A stretch of 63,573 nt of DNA, counting the filler, from Octopus bimaculoides (lineage: Eukaryota): NCBI RefSeq assembly GCF_001194135.2. It is 5 parts of 4 records of this genome, joined end to end, with 100 filler letters (N's around TTAATTAATTAA, not from the genome) between each part and the next. Parts side by side here need not be neighbours in the genome. Positions count along the whole stretch, not along the records: positions 1 to 26,191 come from NC_069008.1; positions 26,292 to 40,128 come from NC_068996.1; 3 more parts are not named here. One strand, given 5' to 3'. A program made the translations under genes and the position numbers. Below the pieces are notes generated by a model. The model worked only from the letters and a program-made list of their open reading frames with translations, had not been told where the DNA came from and did not search any database. This document shows, piece after piece, positions 14,301 to 26,845 of the stretch; the stretch's first letter is position 1; every line of letters starts with the position of its first letter.

Positions 14301-14659
14301 CTCACTGTATTCACCTCGGTTCATATTGTTCATTCTATATTGCTGCTCCCGTGCTTGTTCTAGTAATTAGACCCTTTGCTTCTCTCTTCGCAGTTATCTA
14401 TACCATCTCATTCTTTATCTTGCTAGATTACGTTGTCTGTCATCCATATTTTATAAACAAACTAGCGTACTCTGCAACGTCAAATATGCAGACAGTTTTA
14501 TTAATGATGGAAAATGGCATTATCAAAACATTAACTGAAACCATTGACAAATGTCATCAATCGAGTACTTATACACAGAATTGAAGCACTTGTGTGTGTG
14601 TGTGTTTATAGAAGGAATGATAAAATGAGGGACAGTCAGTCATATCCCTGGCATACGAC

Positions 14660-14765
14660 TTTCCTAATCAGAACTTAACTGAAGTGGTGGTCATGTTTTG
14701 CGATTGAATAACGATAGAATTCCAAAGCAAATTTTTGATGAATAACAAGAGTACTCACTACGTAA
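14660..14765 (+). mobile_element. RTE-clade LINE fragment
   Basis: GHVLRLNNDRIPKQIFDE (cf. WxGHVxRMxxxRxPKxIF). Confidence 0.6.
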
Positions 14766-15722
14766 GGTTTGTAGATCATTACCACGGTAAAAAACAAAAA
14801 AAATGTTTGGGGATAATTTAAAGTGCATCAACATAAAAATTACTGATTAGGAGGATATTGCAAAAAAAAAAAAAAAAAAAANNNNNNNNNNNNNNNNNNN
14901 NNNNNNNNNNNNNNNNNNNNNNNNNNNNNNNNNNNNNNNNNNNNNNNNNNNNNNNNNNNNNNNNNNNNNNNNNNNNNNNNNNNNNNNNNNNNNNNNNNNN
15001 NNNNNNNNNNNNNNNNNNNNNNNNNNNNNNNNNNNNNNNNNNNNNNNNNNNNNNNNNNNNNNNNNNNNNNNNNNNNNNNNNNNNNNNNNNNNNNNNNNNN
15101 NNNNNNNNNNNNNNNNNNNNNNNNNNNNNNNNNNNNNNNNNNNNNNNNNNNNNNNNNNNNNNNNNNNNNNNNNNNNNNNNNNNNNNNNNNNNNNNNNNNN
15201 NNNNNNNNNNNNNNNNNNNNNNNNNNNNNNNNNNNNNNNNNNNNNNNNNNNNNNNNNNNNNNNNNNNNNNNNNNNNNNNNNNNNNNNNNNNNNNNNNNNN
15301 NNNNNNNNNNNNNNNNNNNNNNNNNNNNNNNNNNNNNNNNNNNNNNNNNNNNNNNNNNNNNNNNNNNNNNNNNNNNNNNNNNNNNNNNNNNNNNNNNNNN
15401 NNNNNNNNNNNNNNNNNNNNNNNNNNNNNNNNNNNNNNNNNNNNNNNNNNNNNNNNNNNNNNNNNNNNNNNNNNNNNNNNNNNNNNNNNNNNNNNNNNNN
15501 NNNNNNNNNNNNNNNNNNNNNNNNNNNNNNNNNNNNNNNNNNNNNNNNNNNNNNNNNNNNNNNNNNNNNNNNNNNNNNNNNNNNNNNNNNNNNNNNNNNN
15601 NNNNNNNNNNNNNNNNNNNNNNNNNNNNNNNNNNNNNNNNNNNNNNNNNNNNNNNNNNNNNNNNNNNNNNNNNNNNNNNNNNNNNNNNNNNNNNNNNNNN
15701 NNNNNNNNNNNNNNNNNNNNNN

Positions 15723-15760
<38 letters not shown>

Positions 15761-15808
15761 ATGTGTGTGTATGTACGTATGTATATATGTATATAAGTAT
15801 GTGCATGC

Positions 15809-15847
<39 letters not shown>

Positions 15848-16124
15848 TACTATTTACATTCATCTATCTACGTACACACACACATATATATATATTTACA
15901 CGCATATATACACATATATATATATATACACTTATATACTTCTATGTATACTTATATATACGAGCGTATGTACATATGCGCGCGCGCACGTGTGTGAATG
16001 TGCATGGACCTGTATCTATGTGTGAGTTGTTTTCTACATCCTGCCGCGTATATTGGATAAAAGTACGTCAGCGTATCTGTGTCCAGACTACGAGATATAA
16101 TGCCTGAAGAAAAAGCCTCAGACG

Positions 16125-16345
16125 ACGAGTCTTTGATATAATTCTATTGCATTGACATAACAACACCCTTAGGGGAGAACACCACCTAAGGGGTTGCCAA
16201 CTGGCTGATATAAGTGAGTGGCAGGTCCAAAGGGGCCTCTAAGGTGGGCTGTAGGAGTGAGGAAACTCTGCAGAGCTTTTCTTAAATGGCTGACGTATAT
16301 AACCGCATTATGAGTGATTTAAACATCAAACGATGTCTACTCTTG
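16125..16345. repeat. Unclassified dispersed repeat, copy 1 (hairpin-bearing)
   Basis: Alignable to 17310-17490 (tgatataatt, ttgaca.aacaa, hairpin, aagtgag, ataaccgcattatga). Confidence 0.6.
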
Positions 16346-16389
16346 GCAACAGTTCTACTTAGGTTATAATGTATATATAACAACATGCA

Positions 16390-16486
<97 letters not shown>

Positions 16487-16995
16487 ACATGCGCACACAC
16501 ACACAACACGCATGGGAAAATAGTGCAGCTGCTGGCCCGGTCAAATCTTTCCAAAGTCAAATAGTTAGCGTTTATCCTTCCCTGTTGAGTAACGTACCCA
16601 ATGAGTAAAGGTTGATTATTCTCCCTCTTTCCCACCTCTTTCTTTCTCTTTCACTCACTTATTTCTCACATAATAGATTACGCTGCAATTTAAAATCGTT
16701 TTAGAAGCCATTCGCAAACGAGGAAGTCTCATGGTAGACGCATGTAACATACTCCCATCTCAAATGCGACGAAACCCGTTCAAACACATCAGTGAACCGG
16801 ATGAACGTGGATAGGTCGATATCCTACGAAGAAGAGAATCGTTACAAGAAAGTATGATATAAGTGTGTGCACGTGTGAATGCCTGCCTGCGTGTGTGTGT
16901 GTGTGTGTGTTTGTGTGTTTGTGTATGCATATGCATATAGATGTATACATATCTATTCACAAATATATGAGTGCGCGTGTGTGCATATGTTTATA

Positions 16996-17073
<78 letters not shown>

Positions 17074-17155
17074 CATGAATGTATGTATGTATGTATGTAT
17101 GCATGTATGTATGTAAGTATTACGAATTAATGAATTAAACGCAGATCTAGTAATG

Positions 17156-17218
<63 letters not shown>

Positions 17219-17309
17219 TCATAAGTACATTTGCTGAAAGTATACAACGCTGTAAGGCGTTCATGTCCAGACTGGGAGGAAATGTCGAAAAAAAGGCTCT
17301 AGACAACCA

Positions 17310-17490
17310 AACTGTGATATAATTTCCGTTCCAGTGTGTTGACACAACAAAACCCTGAGGGAAAAACACCACCTCAGGGGTTACCAATTTTCCAATACAA
17401 GTGAGAGACAGGGGAAAAAAAGGCCTCCGGATGAGCAGTGAGCTATAAATAACCGCATTATGAATGAGTGAAACGATGATCAAACGATTT
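17310..17490. repeat. Unclassified dispersed repeat, copy 2 (hairpin-bearing)
   Basis: Same blocks as copy 1, same orientation. Confidence 0.6.
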
Positions 17491-18259
17491 CTGCTCTTAG
17501 TAAGATTATTCTCTCTAGTTTACTGTATATGCATAACATCCTGTAGATATATGTAACATATACGCACATAGATACATACGGACGGACACGCTCACACACA
17601 CACACACTCATGCATGTACACACACGCATATACTTTATTACTATTACTATCTTTAATCGGCAGGTAGTTGCAAAAGTCACTCAGTGGTAGAGAGCTACGT
17701 TCATGGTACTTATGTAACTGTCCTCAAATTGGGACCTTGTTTCTTATAGCGAGTGAATTGCAATTCGATTAACCGCTCGATTAAAAATTGATATGGGAAA
17801 ACCACGTAAAGACTGCGTGTCATTCAGATAGTCAGCGCATTAAACACAAAAGGCCTTGAGAGGAAATACAGTTTAAGTAAAACAAAAGAAAACTAGGTAT
17901 GCGCCGATACATATTCTTTTATTCTTTTACGTACTGTGAGGAGTTTTCAGGTGTATAGATATGGTAAAAAAGTTTCAGATAGTAGTTCGTGTTTAGTCAT
18001 TTCTAAGTATGGAGCCGTGGATTCTGTGTTGCCCATTCGAAAGGGTTTTGTGAGTAAACACGAACTACTATCGGAACTTACATATCATGTACAGGAATTT
18101 TTTTTACCCCTTCTATACACCACTTTACTCGAATAATGGAACTGTAACTACAATATTTTATATGTTATTTCTACTTTCATTATCTTATTTCCCTCTATTT
18201 TCCCTATCTCCCCATAATAATTCCTTATTTCGAACTCAAACATTTACCTCTCTCACATC

Positions 18260-18307
18260 GTCTCTGATGAAGGGCTATCCATATTATCCCAGAAACAGCT
18301 GTAAGAC
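18260..18307 (+). ncRNA. Type I hammerhead ribozyme motif
   Basis: gtct-CTGATGA-a-gggcta..tatccc-a-GAAAC-AGCT-GTA-agac; palindromic stem III CAGCTG; A.A mismatch at the base of stem II. Confidence 0.7.
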
Positions 18308-18467
18308 TATATCTCTTTCCTTATAAATGTCCTGAAAACTCCTTATTCGTATCACGATCGAACCAAGAGTTTAACTATGGTCTGTCCTTAGCACTTACTT
18401 AGCATTACCTGCCACTCTTTGAGTCTTCTAGATACAAATGCCTTTTAAATATATTGGGTTCGGCTGC

Positions 18468-18509
18468 TCTACATTGATAAGGGGCAACACCCCGAAACTA
18501 GTCTGTAGA
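18468..18509 (+). ncRNA. Type I hammerhead ribozyme with U3:A8 core variant
   Basis: tctaca-TTGATAA-GGGG-caaca-CCCC-GAAAC-TA-GTC-tgtaga; all three stems perfect. Confidence 0.75.
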
Positions 18510-19371
18510 TGCCAGACCNNNNNNNNNNNNNNNNNNNNNNNNNNNNNNNNNNNNNNNNNNNNNNNNNNNNNNNNNNNNNNNNNNNNNNNNNNNNNNNNNN
18601 NNNNNNNNNNNNNNNNNNNNNNNNNNNNNNNNNNNNNNNNNNNNNNNNNNNNNNNNNNNNNNNNNNNNNNNNNNNNNNNNNNNNNNNNNNNNNNNNNNNN
18701 NNNNNNNNNNNNNNNNNNNNNNNNNNNNNNNNNNNNNNNNNNNNNNNNNNNNNNNNNNNNNNNNNNNNNNNNNNNNNNNNNNNNNNNNNNNNNNNNNNNN
18801 NNNNNNNNNNNNNNNNNNNNNNNNNNNNNNNNNNNNNNNNNNNNNNNNNNNNNNNNNNNNNNNNNNNNNNNNNNNNNNNNNNNNNNNNNNNNNNNNNNNN
18901 NNNNNNNNNNNNNNNNNNNNNNNNNNNNNNNNNNNNNNNNNNNNNNNNNNNNNNNNNNNNNNNNNNNNNNNNNNNNNNNNNNNNNNNNNNNNNNNNNNNN
19001 NNNNNNNNNNNNNNNNNNNNNNNNNNNNNNNNNNNNNNNNNNNNNNNNNNNNNNNNNNNNNNNNNNNNNNNNNNNNNNNNNNNNNNNNNNNNNNNNNNNN
19101 NNNNNNNNNNNNNNNNNNNNNNNNNNNNNNNNNNNNNNNNNNNNNNNNNNNNATATATATATATATATATACATTCTCACGCGCGCGCGCACTGCGTTTA
19201 AAATTATTTAAAAACTACTCCTTAGAATTCAACGAAATTTCCACACAATTATGCCAACAGTTATATGCGCGTGGTTTTGCGCAAATGTAACCAAACCGCA
19301 GCCATTTTCATGATTTTCACGAACTTTCAATGTTCCAAATTATGAACGAGTGGTCTGAAAATCGTCCAATT

Positions 19372-20280
19372 ATGGGTCGTAAATGTGATTTAACTGCTTC
19401 AGAGAAATTTGTTATTACTTTTGAACTTGCCAAAGGTAAATCAGCATTAGAAATATCTAAAATAGTTGGAAGATATCTCCAAACTGTGAAAACAATTGTT
19501 ATAACTCCTACGCAAGAGAGCAGACAAGTTAGTCAAGGGCTATTTCTCTGTCACGAATTAAGTGTGAAGCTATAAAGAAGCCAGGTCTCGCAAGTGGAGT
19601 ACTTTTCAAGCGCATTGGCGAAACAACTGTGTCCAGAATTACGCGATGTCGTCTTCTGAAAAAGGTCGGTAAACCAACGACATCAGTTAAAAGGTCACGT
19701 TGAAACAAAATACACTTACAAAATCGTCTGAAAAAAGTCTTGTTTCTGGGTGAAGCTCATGCTACCCTTCATGAACCTGATGGTTGGAGCAAGGGATGGG
19801 TTGTGAATAGGCGAGAACAAAGGGGAGAAGGTATCATGATTTGGGCAGATATTATTGGAGTCATTATTGTTGGTCCTTGGAAAGTGTCTGACGGTGTTAA
19901 AATGACTGCAGATGCTTACATAGACTTTCTGAGGGAGCACCTTAAGCCTTGGTTAAAAAAAGCAAAGACCGTCTTCATGACAATCATAATATTCATGCAA
20001 GATAATGCACCCTCGTACTCAGCGAAGTAAACTCCAGTATCTGCAACAATTTGGCATCTGTGGACCTCGGTAGAGGAAGTGGCCTGCCTCTTCCCCCGAC
20101 ATAAGCCCAATAGAAAACTTGTGAAGTATTCTAAAGCGACTAGTTTACGAGAATAGATGCCAATTTAGTAGCAAGCATGAACTGTGGCAGGCAATAGTGG
20201 ATGTATCACGTGGTATAACATCAAAGGAGATCCAGAAATTAGCATGATCCATGGAACAGCGCCTTTTCAAACAAACCCTC
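19372..20280 (+). pseudogene. Tc1-family transposase pseudogene
   Basis: MGRKCDLTASEK..GKSALEISKIVGR; ATLHEPDGWSKGWV; IMIWADIIG..VGPWKV..GVKM; FMQDNAPS; PIENL; multiple disablements. Confidence 0.85.
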
Positions 20281-20549
20281 ACTAAATAGCTTACCTACCA
20301 TTTTTGAACGCTGTGTATTTGTTTATTTCTAATTCTTCCATGTCTATGACTCTATGTGTTCATTTCAATGTGTACACCAAACAATTAAATTGGTATTTTC
20401 CTCTTTACATGAGTTTTACTTATACCTCGCTAATAATTAGATGTATGTATGTATGTATGTATGTATGTATGTATGTACGTATACGTGCAGATTTGTATGT
20501 TTTGCTTTGTGTATGTATTCACATGCAAATAGTTGCATATTTAGATATG

Positions 20550-21885
20550 CTCATATATACTTAAATGATAAACTTCTGGAAAGTTTTACAGATATTTACA
20601 GTTCCAGTGATGGATTGGATCTGTAGTCTTCGAATCAGCTTTCTCCTTTCTGGTTTTGAGAAGCCTAATTTCGCAGGATTGGTATTTATGCAGTGTGTTA
20701 CACATCACAGGGCCCCAATAATTACAGGTATAAACCTGAACTTGTAATCTGGATAGAGTAACTGCAGATTTCTCAATAGTTCAGCGTAGGTATTCTCTTT
20801 TCCACTGATCTTCAGCTTTATGTTAACTTCCGCTGGGCAGCTAATTTCCACAACTGTACACAGTTTCTCTTCTCCATCCCTAATCATTATATCAGGTCTG
20901 CTGTGCTTACATTTTTTTTTTGGGGGGGGTCTTCACTGGGACATTCCACCAGTACTTCTTTTCATTATGACTGGCTATGGCTTCTACCATATTATGGGTC
21001 TTTATTTCTTTGTCCTCTGGGTTATCCTTCCGCCGGATTTCATTACAGAGTGTCCTAGCTACAACATCATGTCTCATCATACCGTGGTGACATTTTCGGA
21101 CAACTGCTTATGTTGTGGGTGATATCTTCAGTATGAACTTCACAAAATCTCCATCGGTTGTCACATTTTACTGTTTTTCCTGCATCTCTATCCGTTTTGT
21201 GCATCAGGAACTTGATTGATATTTCCTGTTCCTGGATTTCAAACGCATACCCTTCAAAGTGGGAGGTAGTAATCTGGCTATTGGTCCACGATAAACTCCT
21301 TTGATGATCAATGTTAGTATCATCACGGAGCTTTCTACTAACATATCCATGCATAGTCTTCTGCTCATATAGGCTCATCCATTGATCAGACGATACTTTG
21401 TGGTAGAGTCGTGCGACGTCTTTGGACATGTATTTTAGGTTGTCAGACAAAGAATGTTACTCAAGGAGCTGCCTTCCAAGTCTTATGACGTTATCAGCCT
21501 CAGGAACGAAAACTTGGTCAAGGGATGCACTTCGACACTTGTTGGTTAAAAGATGTTGCCGAAGCGATATGGTACGACATTCAGAGACATTTTGGATCGA
21601 TGTTAAGCCTCTGCCATCTTGTTTTCGTTTTAGGTAGAGGCGATCTACGTCACTGTTTACGTGGAAATTATGTTAGTATTTTTCGGGTTTTCAATGCGTC
21701 CAGTCAAGCAGCCCAAATATTGGTGTGAGTTCCGGCATTGCAAACACAAAGTGGGCCACTGTTTTATTGAATGCAGATAGGACTGAGATCCAAATTTTCT
21801 TTATTCGGCTGTAATATTCTTTAGTGACACGTGTTTTGTTACAGGTGCCACTGTAAGATATGTTTTCATCCACCCCTAGATGCCT
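20550..21885 (-). pseudogene. R4/Dong-like non-LTR 3' half (RT end, CCHC finger, RLE endonuclease)
   Basis: EYYSRIKKIW..LSAFNK; FEIQEQEI; FCEVHTEDITHNISSC; KLCTVVEISCP..KENTYAELLRNL..PVIIGAL. Confidence 0.85.
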
Positions 21886-21967
21886 GTAACATTCCTTGTC
21901 AGATATAGGAGAAACAGTCTAATCATTGATGGAGATGTTACTAGTCTGGTTCATAGATCTCCCCCTT

Positions 21968-22385
21968 TGTATGCATGTATGTTTGTATGTATGTATGTTT
22001 GTATGTATGTATGTATATATGTATTCATGTATGCATGTATGTATATATGTATGTATGTGTGCATGTACGTATGTATATATGTATGTATGTCTATATGTAC
22101 GTATGTATGCATGCATGTATGTATGTATGTATGTGTGTGTGCACGTATGTATGTATGTATGTATGCATGTATGTATGTATGCATGCATGTATGTATGTAT
22201 GTATGTATGCATGTATGTATGTATGTATGTATGCATGTACGTATGTATATATGTATGTATGTCTATATGTATGCATGTATATCCGCCTGTCTGTCTGTCT
22301 GTCTGTATGTATGTATGTATGTATGTATGTACGTACGTACTTATGTATGTATGTATGTATGTAAGTATGTATGTAAGTACGTATG

Positions 22386-22416
<31 letters not shown>

Positions 22417-22500
22417 ACATATATACATACTCATACTTTGAGTTCTATTTTCCTGTCTGCATCACCAAATCTACACACACACACACACACACACACATAC

Positions 22501-22539
<39 letters not shown>

Positions 22540-22540
22540 C
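21968..22540. repeat. Long compound (TATG)n/(CA)n microsatellite
   Basis: Directly visible. Confidence 0.95.
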
Positions 22541-22642
22541 CACACAGTCACTCACATACTCAAACGCGCATATTTCTGGTCGCATAGTTAAATAATAAAC
22601 AGTCGACTGTTCAGAGAAGAATTCGGCTGCTATTATTTACAG

Positions 22643-22793
22643 ATCAATGGACGACGCAGAGACTCCGTTGTTTGGCTTCGCCCACAACTCTGGGTTATCG
22701 CAGAGATACTAATGTTACAATAGTATCTGATCATTTGACTGTTCAAAAGGCTGTTCATAACGAGCCCAGCAGATCCACAGCTCACGCCAGCAA
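22643..22793 (+). CDS. Candidate internal coding exon (unknown protein)
   Basis: ttatttacag acceptor and gtgaga donor; a single frame open throughout (QWTTQRLRCLASPTTLGYRRDTNVTIVSDHLTVQKAVHNEPSRSTAHAS); non-repetitive; no homology recognised. Confidence 0.3.
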
Positions 22794-23187
22794 GTGAGAC
22801 AGAATTTGAGAGAATAATCAACATGAAACACTGAAAACAATGGCATCAACTAATTTATTTGAATTAGCCTTCAAAGCATTTCTGTGGGGAGAAATATTAA
22901 CGGATCGCATTAACTGTTTAATGTCATGTGTCATCAGTCTTGTAAATACACATGTTACACGCGCGCTCGCGTGTGCGTGCGTGTGTGTTTCTATTGCTTT
23001 TCTTTGAATGACGTAGCCTTCAGTATATTCCATTCTTCCCTTCTCCCTCTTCCACCTCTCATTTTTGCTACACACACAAATATATAAAATGTATGCAATC
23101 TATGTGTATGTGCGTGTCTGTCTGTCTGCGTGTGCGCGCGTAGTGTAGATTGTGTGTATATTAGTATGTGTCTCTCTCTATATAAAT

Positions 23188-23377
23188 GTTTCAGTCATTT
23201 GACTGCGGCCATGCTGGAGCACCGCCTTTAGTCGAAGAAATTGACCCCAGGAGTTATTCTTTGTAAGCCTAGTATTTATTATATCGGTCTCTTTGCCGAA
23301 CCGCTAAGTTACGGGGACGTAAACACACCAGCATCGGTTGTCAAGCAATGATGGAGAAGGACAAACACAGATACATG

Positions 23378-23415
<38 letters not shown>
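23188..23415 (-). mobile_element. SINE family B 3' half, cut by a gap at its internal microsatellite
   Basis: gtttcagtcatttgactgcggccatgctggagcaccgcc. Confidence 0.85.
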
Positions 23416-23625
23416 NNNNNNNNNNNNNNNNNNNNNNNNNNNNNNNNNNNNNNNNNNNNNNNNNNNNNNNNNNNNNNNNNNNNNNNNNNNNNNNNNNNNN
23501 NNNNNNNNNNNNNNNNNNNNNNNNNNNNNNNNNNNNNNNNNNNNNNNNNNNNNNNNNNNNNNNNNNNNNNNNNNNNNNNNNNNNNNNNNNNNNNNNNNNN
23601 NNNNNNNNNNNNNNNNNNNNNNNNN

Positions 23626-23676
<51 letters not shown>

Positions 23677-23699
23677 TATTCTGATTTCTAAGTCTTTAT

Positions 23700-24650
23700 T
23701 TAAGATTGAACTTCGTAGAACCTCATTCCAACTGTCAACAAGCTCATAGATACCGCGCTTGTAAAATTCTTTAGGTTTTAACGTAACGTACGATACCAGT
23801 TCGTTTTCAACCTCTTGTCTCGACATCAGCCAAAGACGATCCAACTGATTCTGCAAATCCCTAAACAAATGATATTCAGAAAGGACAGGAGAATATGGGG
23901 TTTCAAGCAATTTCTCCCAACGAAGCTCTTCTAAGAGATCTTTAGTCAATTGTACAGTGTACGGACCGGCATTATCGTGATGCACAATGGCTCCTTCTCT
24001 GTTGACTAAGGATTTTTGTCCAAAGCTACTTTCAAACGTCGAAGTTGATCGCAGTAGAGATCGGTGTTGATTACTTGATTATTGTACAACAGTTCGTAAT
24101 AGGTAATTCCTTGAATATCTCACCATACGCTCAACATGATCTTCTTTGGATCAAGTCGTCCTCTAGGTTGCTGAGCAGGTCTGCTTCCTTGACTGATCCA
24201 TTGACGACAGCATTTAACATTATGATAAAGGATCATGCATCTCATCACTAGTAACAAGCCTACCCAAAAATGACATCTGACGCTGTCGTGTAAGCACAAC
24301 AAGCAGCACGTTGTTATAAATTTCCCTGGAGACTGGTCGTGCACGACCCATTTTCGAACTACTGAAACCTTTCCTATCCTGTCAATAGTTCTCTGGCACT
24401 AGTGACAAGCTTTGCTGTGATAACAGCTTCGAACTCTTGAGAATCGAGAGCGTTTGGACGACTCTTATTTTGCTCATCGTCTAAGCTGAAGTTCCCACTT
24501 CAAAAACGGGATAATCTCCTCCTGCAACTTCTTTCATTCACTACATCATTTCTATAAATACTCTGAATGGATTTTGCTGTTGCACCCGCATTGATACCTT
24601 TATGAAACTCATAGAGTGAAGCATGTCTGATGTGTTCTTTCGTTGGGAAG
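23700..24650 (-). pseudogene. Near full-length mariner transposase pseudogene
   Basis: KEHIRHASLYEFHKG; LYHNVKCCRQW..LDPKKIMLSVW; HHDNAGP; PYSPVLSEYHLFRDLQN; EFYKRGIYELVDSW. Confidence 0.9.
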
Positions 24651-24959
24651 AACATTTACGGTGAATATCGAAGAAGATTGCTAACAATATTATTTTAATC
24701 TGAAAGAAGAAAATATAAATTACTCATTGCATCATTTCATGATTGATAACAAGAAGCAATTCTTAATAAATGCCGTCTAAGATGTGCATACTTATATGCA
24801 GATATATATACATGTGTGTGTGTATATATATATATAGTAAAATGATTCTTCATCCGACGTTCATTATTTTTTGTTCTTATTTGATGATGGTTATTGCTCG
24901 CGCTGATAAAAGATTCTGACAACAGATGTATTTCCACCCGTTCAGCTCATTATGATAGT

Positions 24960-24983
24960 ATCTATTAATCTATCCATCTATCC

Positions 24984-25056
<73 letters not shown>

Positions 25057-25160
25057 ACTATCTATCTATCTAGCTATCTATCTATCTATCTACCTACCTA
25101 CCTATCTGCCTATCCATGTATCCATCTATCTATCTATCAATCTATAGATTGATCTACCTG

Positions 25161-25235
<75 letters not shown>

Positions 25236-25300
25236 ATATCTATCTATCTAGCTATCGACCTGCTCTTTTGTCTGTCTATTTATTTATTTATCTACCTATC
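24960..25300. repeat. (TCTA)n microsatellite
   Basis: Directly visible. Confidence 0.95.
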
Positions 25301-26028
25301 TACTTTTATATAGACTTTCATATCCATAAACCTTTTATTTATCCTGCATCTGTTAATAGATTAAATTAACCTTAATAAATCTTTTAGTCTGTTAATAACT
25401 TAAATTTCGTGACGTCTTTTACTGCTCTTGAAGTGTCATAATTATAAAGCAAAAAATATTACCAATTTTCTTTCTGATGAAAATATTCCATCTTGATAAT
25501 ATTCGCACGTTTAATTCTTCTTGCATTAGGCATAATAGCACCAAGTTAACTGAAGAATCTATGTAGAAAAGTAGAACAGAATTCTACCCGAGACTGAATT
25601 TAACTTATGATGTAGCGGAATAAAAGAGAAAAACTGAAGAAAAACCATAAGCAAAATAGCAGCAAAAATATGAAGGAGGACAAAAAATATAAATCATTGT
25701 AAGATCAAGTAAGGCATTTCGTGGAGTGCATGTACCGGGCAAAAAAGATGCTTCAGTATTTCGCTAAATATTAAAGTTCGGTGCTTGAACACGTGCGAGT
25801 TGGTCCACACACGTGTACCCCTCCCTTTTTATCGTGCACCCGAGCAAGCCAGTCCGTCGTCTATTCAAACTAACAAAATAGCAGTCAGTGATAAACAAAA
25901 TAAGGGGCAGGAGTCGTTGTATTCAAGTGTGCAGCTTAAGCACAAGAACGGCTAGGAAAAAGGGAGATTGTATTTTAATGTAAATGACCTGATTTCTTAA
26001 CCCCCTTCTGCGGCCATTGTTTGAGTAG

Positions 26029-26113
<85 letters not shown>

Positions 26114-26191
26114 GTTTTCATTGTATGCCGTGTATACTTACTTTTTTTTTATATTTAATTATTTTATCATTTTATTATATATATACCTCAC

Positions 26192-26291
26192 NNNNNNNNN
26201 NNNNNNNNNNNNNNNNNNNNNNNNNNNNNNNNNNNTTAATTAATTAANNNNNNNNNNNNNNNNNNNNNNNNNNNNNNNNNNNNNNNNNNNN
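26192..26291. other. Assembly gap marker N44-TTAATTAATTAA-N44 (also 40129-40228, 53765-53864, 61625-61724)
   Basis: Identical 100-nt construct four times; the 12-mer puts stops in all six frames. Confidence 0.9.
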
Positions 26292-26632
26292 GGTTCCGAT
26301 CAACAGAACAGCCTGCTCGTGAAATTAACGTGCAAGTGGCTGAGCACTCCACAGACACATGTACCCTTAACTTAGTTCTCGGGGATATTCAGCGTGACAC
26401 AGTGTGACAAGGCTGACCCTTTGAATTACAGGCACAACAGAAACAGGAAGTAAGAGTGAGAGAAAGTTGTGGTGAAAGAGTACAGCAGGGTTCGCCACCA
26501 TCCCCTGCTGGAGCCTCGTGGAGCTTTAGGTGTTTTCGTTCAATAAACACTCACAACGCTCTGTCTGGGAATAGAAACCGCGATCCTATGACCGCAAGTC
26601 CGCTGCCCTAACCACTGGGCCATTGCGCCTCC
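26292..26632 (-). mobile_element. SINE family D copy
   Basis: High identity to 2890-3238. Confidence 0.9.
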
Positions 26633-26669
26633 ACACATCAATGCACTATAATACAAACAATGGGCGATA

Positions 26670-26845
26670 ACCTGTTGTAATTTAGTCATCCTTAGTCTGA
26701 TGATATTTTGGAATAAAATTCCTTCTTCAGATAGATGGAGTCGCTGCTATAACCGATTATAGCAACGACTCCATCTAAGAATATCTGAAGAAGGAATTGT
26801 ATTCCAAAATATCATCGGCCTATAGTTAACTAAATTACAACAGGT
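26670..26845. repeat. 176-bp imperfect palindrome (foldback)
   Basis: Arms acctgttgtaatttagt...gatggagtcgctgctataa / ttatagcaacgactccatc...actaaattacaacaggt around a 4-nt ccga centre. Confidence 0.9.

Noticed and set aside
16705-16851. Protein-like stretches (AIRKRGSLM..; MNVDRSISYEEENRYKK)
   Set aside because: Acceptor and donor fall in different open frames; cannot define an exon
25470-25510. CTGATGA followed by an aatatt/aatatt stem
   Set aside because: GAAA is missing and there is no stem I
26236-26247. TTAATTAATTAA motif recurring four times
   Set aside because: Always centred in N44-12-N44; a synthetic scaffolding spacer, not biology
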